Source: Brevundimonas sp. (GTDB lineage Bacteria; Pseudomonadota; Alphaproteobacteria; Caulobacterales; Caulobacteraceae). From it: a stretch of DNA of 64,000 bases. The stretch covers positions 5,134 to 69,133 of the forward strand of contig NZ_DASWXW010000016.1 in assembly GCF_036405315.1 (NCBI RefSeq), read 5' to 3'. Within the stretch, counting starts at the first letter, position 1; every line of letters starts with the position of its first letter. The position numbers and the translations under genes are program-made. Positions 63,235 through 64,000 of this stretch are shown piece after piece. The notes below the pieces were generated by a model. It made no database searches. It had not been told where the DNA came from and saw only the letters and a list, made by a program, of their open reading frames with translations.

Positions 63235-63518
63235 CCGACACGCCCATCCAGCAGCCGCCGACCCGTCTTGAGCGCGTGAAGGCCTTCATCGGTGATCTGG
63301 CGCGGCCGTTCGCCATCATCGCCACGTCGTTCGCCGCGTCCTGGGCCACCATCGTCATCGCCTATCGCGTCGAGAACGGAAACGACGGCGCCATCTTCAT
63401 CGGCGGCGTGTTCGCCGGCGTCGGCGCGCTCTACATCGGCAAGGCTTGGGAGGTGGCGAAGACCGGCAAGCAGTCGGCCGAAGTCGAGATCGCCAAGGCC
63501 AAGTCGGAAGCGGGGTAG
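63231..63518 (+). CDS. Holin-like 2-TM protein
   Basis: Two TMs, charged C-terminus, position. Confidence 0.55.
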   Translation: MTDTPIQQPPTRLERVKAFIGDLARPFAIIATSFAASWATIVIAYRVENGNDGAIFIGGVFAGVGALYIGKAWEVAKTGKQSAEVEIAKAKSEAG

Positions 63519-63686
63519 CAAAGCCTCCCCTTCGCCCTAATGATGGCCTGAGGAACCCTCATTCCTAGCTGACAGCTTTCTGCGGGCTGGCGTTTTCCAA
63601 AGGTCCCGTCAGCTCAAATCCATGCCAGTGGATAGGCCCCCGTCGTGCAAACGGCGGGGGTTTTCCGTGATGCGGCCCAGAGACGG

Positions 63687-63881
63687 CTAACTGCCTGGGT
63701 TCTGGATCCAGCGGACTGCGCCGATGACGAGCAACAGGGCGCTGAAGATCGCCAGTCCGATGGTCGACGGCACAAGGTGCGGGTGCCAGGGCGCACGGGT
63801 CCGCAGCTTGCCCCAGGTGTCCAGGCACCAGATCAGGCCGCAACCGCCGAGCAGGATGTCCACCCATGCGGGCCAGATCAC
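63687..63881 (-). CDS. Small 2-TM protein, 64 aa
   Basis: GTG start overlapping upstream TGA (GTGA); WPAWVDILLGGCGLIWC..LLVIGAVRW. Confidence 0.55.
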   Translation of the reverse strand: MIWPAWVDILLGGCGLIWCLDTWGKLRTRAPWHPHLVPSTIGLAIFSALLLVIGAVRWIQNPGS

Positions 63882-64000
63882 AGGACATTCCCCGGCGCAG
63901 TCCGGCGCGGGCCCGGCTTGATCGGGTTCGGCATGAAGTCCTCGCACTTCCAGTCGTCGTCACCTGAAATGACCAAGCAGGCGTCATAAACGCGGTCGTA
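63878..64000 (-). CDS. 3' end of a hypothetical gene cut by the window edge
   Basis: Open frame ..YDACLVISGDDDWKCEDFMPNPIKPGPRRTAPGNVL*, coupled to next GTG. Confidence 0.45.
   Translation of the reverse strand, partial: YDRVYDACLVISGDDDWKCEDFMPNPIKPGPRRTAPGNVL

Larger units (their letters stand above)
29596..64000. mobile_element. Temperate HK97/lambda-like siphoprophage, continuing past the window end
   Basis: att fragment, integrase, xis, cI/cro, replication, terminase, HK97 head, tail, holin-like genes in canonical order. Confidence 0.95.

Noticed and set aside
1-64000. CRISPR array, rRNA, IS transposase
   Set aside because: No regularly spaced repeat-spacer array, rRNA-like sequence or DDE/HUH transposase ORF was seen.

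Overview
High-GC alphaproteobacterial DNA, Caulobacteraceae/Brevundimonas-like by gene content. Positions 1-29,550 are host chromosome. They hold an aspartate-family amino-acid locus (thrC, thrB, an ACT-less aspartokinase-homoserine dehydrogenase fusion, metX-metB), where a Thr/Ile/Met leader-peptide attenuator and a SAM-I riboswitch sit back to back. They also hold an MCP, tauE, dusA, sdpRI, pyrC, rsgA, ygfZ, tag, rnhB, an orphan alpha-class adenine methyltransferase, pyk and a PafA-type phosphatase. From 29,596 to the window end lies a lambdoid/HK97-like siphoprophage whose att is the displaced 3' half of tRNA-Leu(TAA). Its modules are integrase/xis, a modular early-left region, a cI/cro switch with GTTCA-N7-TGAAC operators, an ori with iterons, head and tail genes and a holin-like gene. 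No endolysin is visible. Best candidates for something new: (1) a short palindromic site, GTCCGC-N8-13-GC(G/T)GAC-NTT, that brackets low-GC ORFans in direct orientation at two independent chromosomal loci, in a site-ORF-site layout resembling gene cassettes; (2) 10 of 17 consecutive prophage control/replication proteins, including both CI (no autocleavage domain) and Cro, end in the ClpXP-type Ala-Ala degron; (3) a HEPN-like gene in the rexAB position behind cI. All product calls come from reading motifs by eye; no database search was run.
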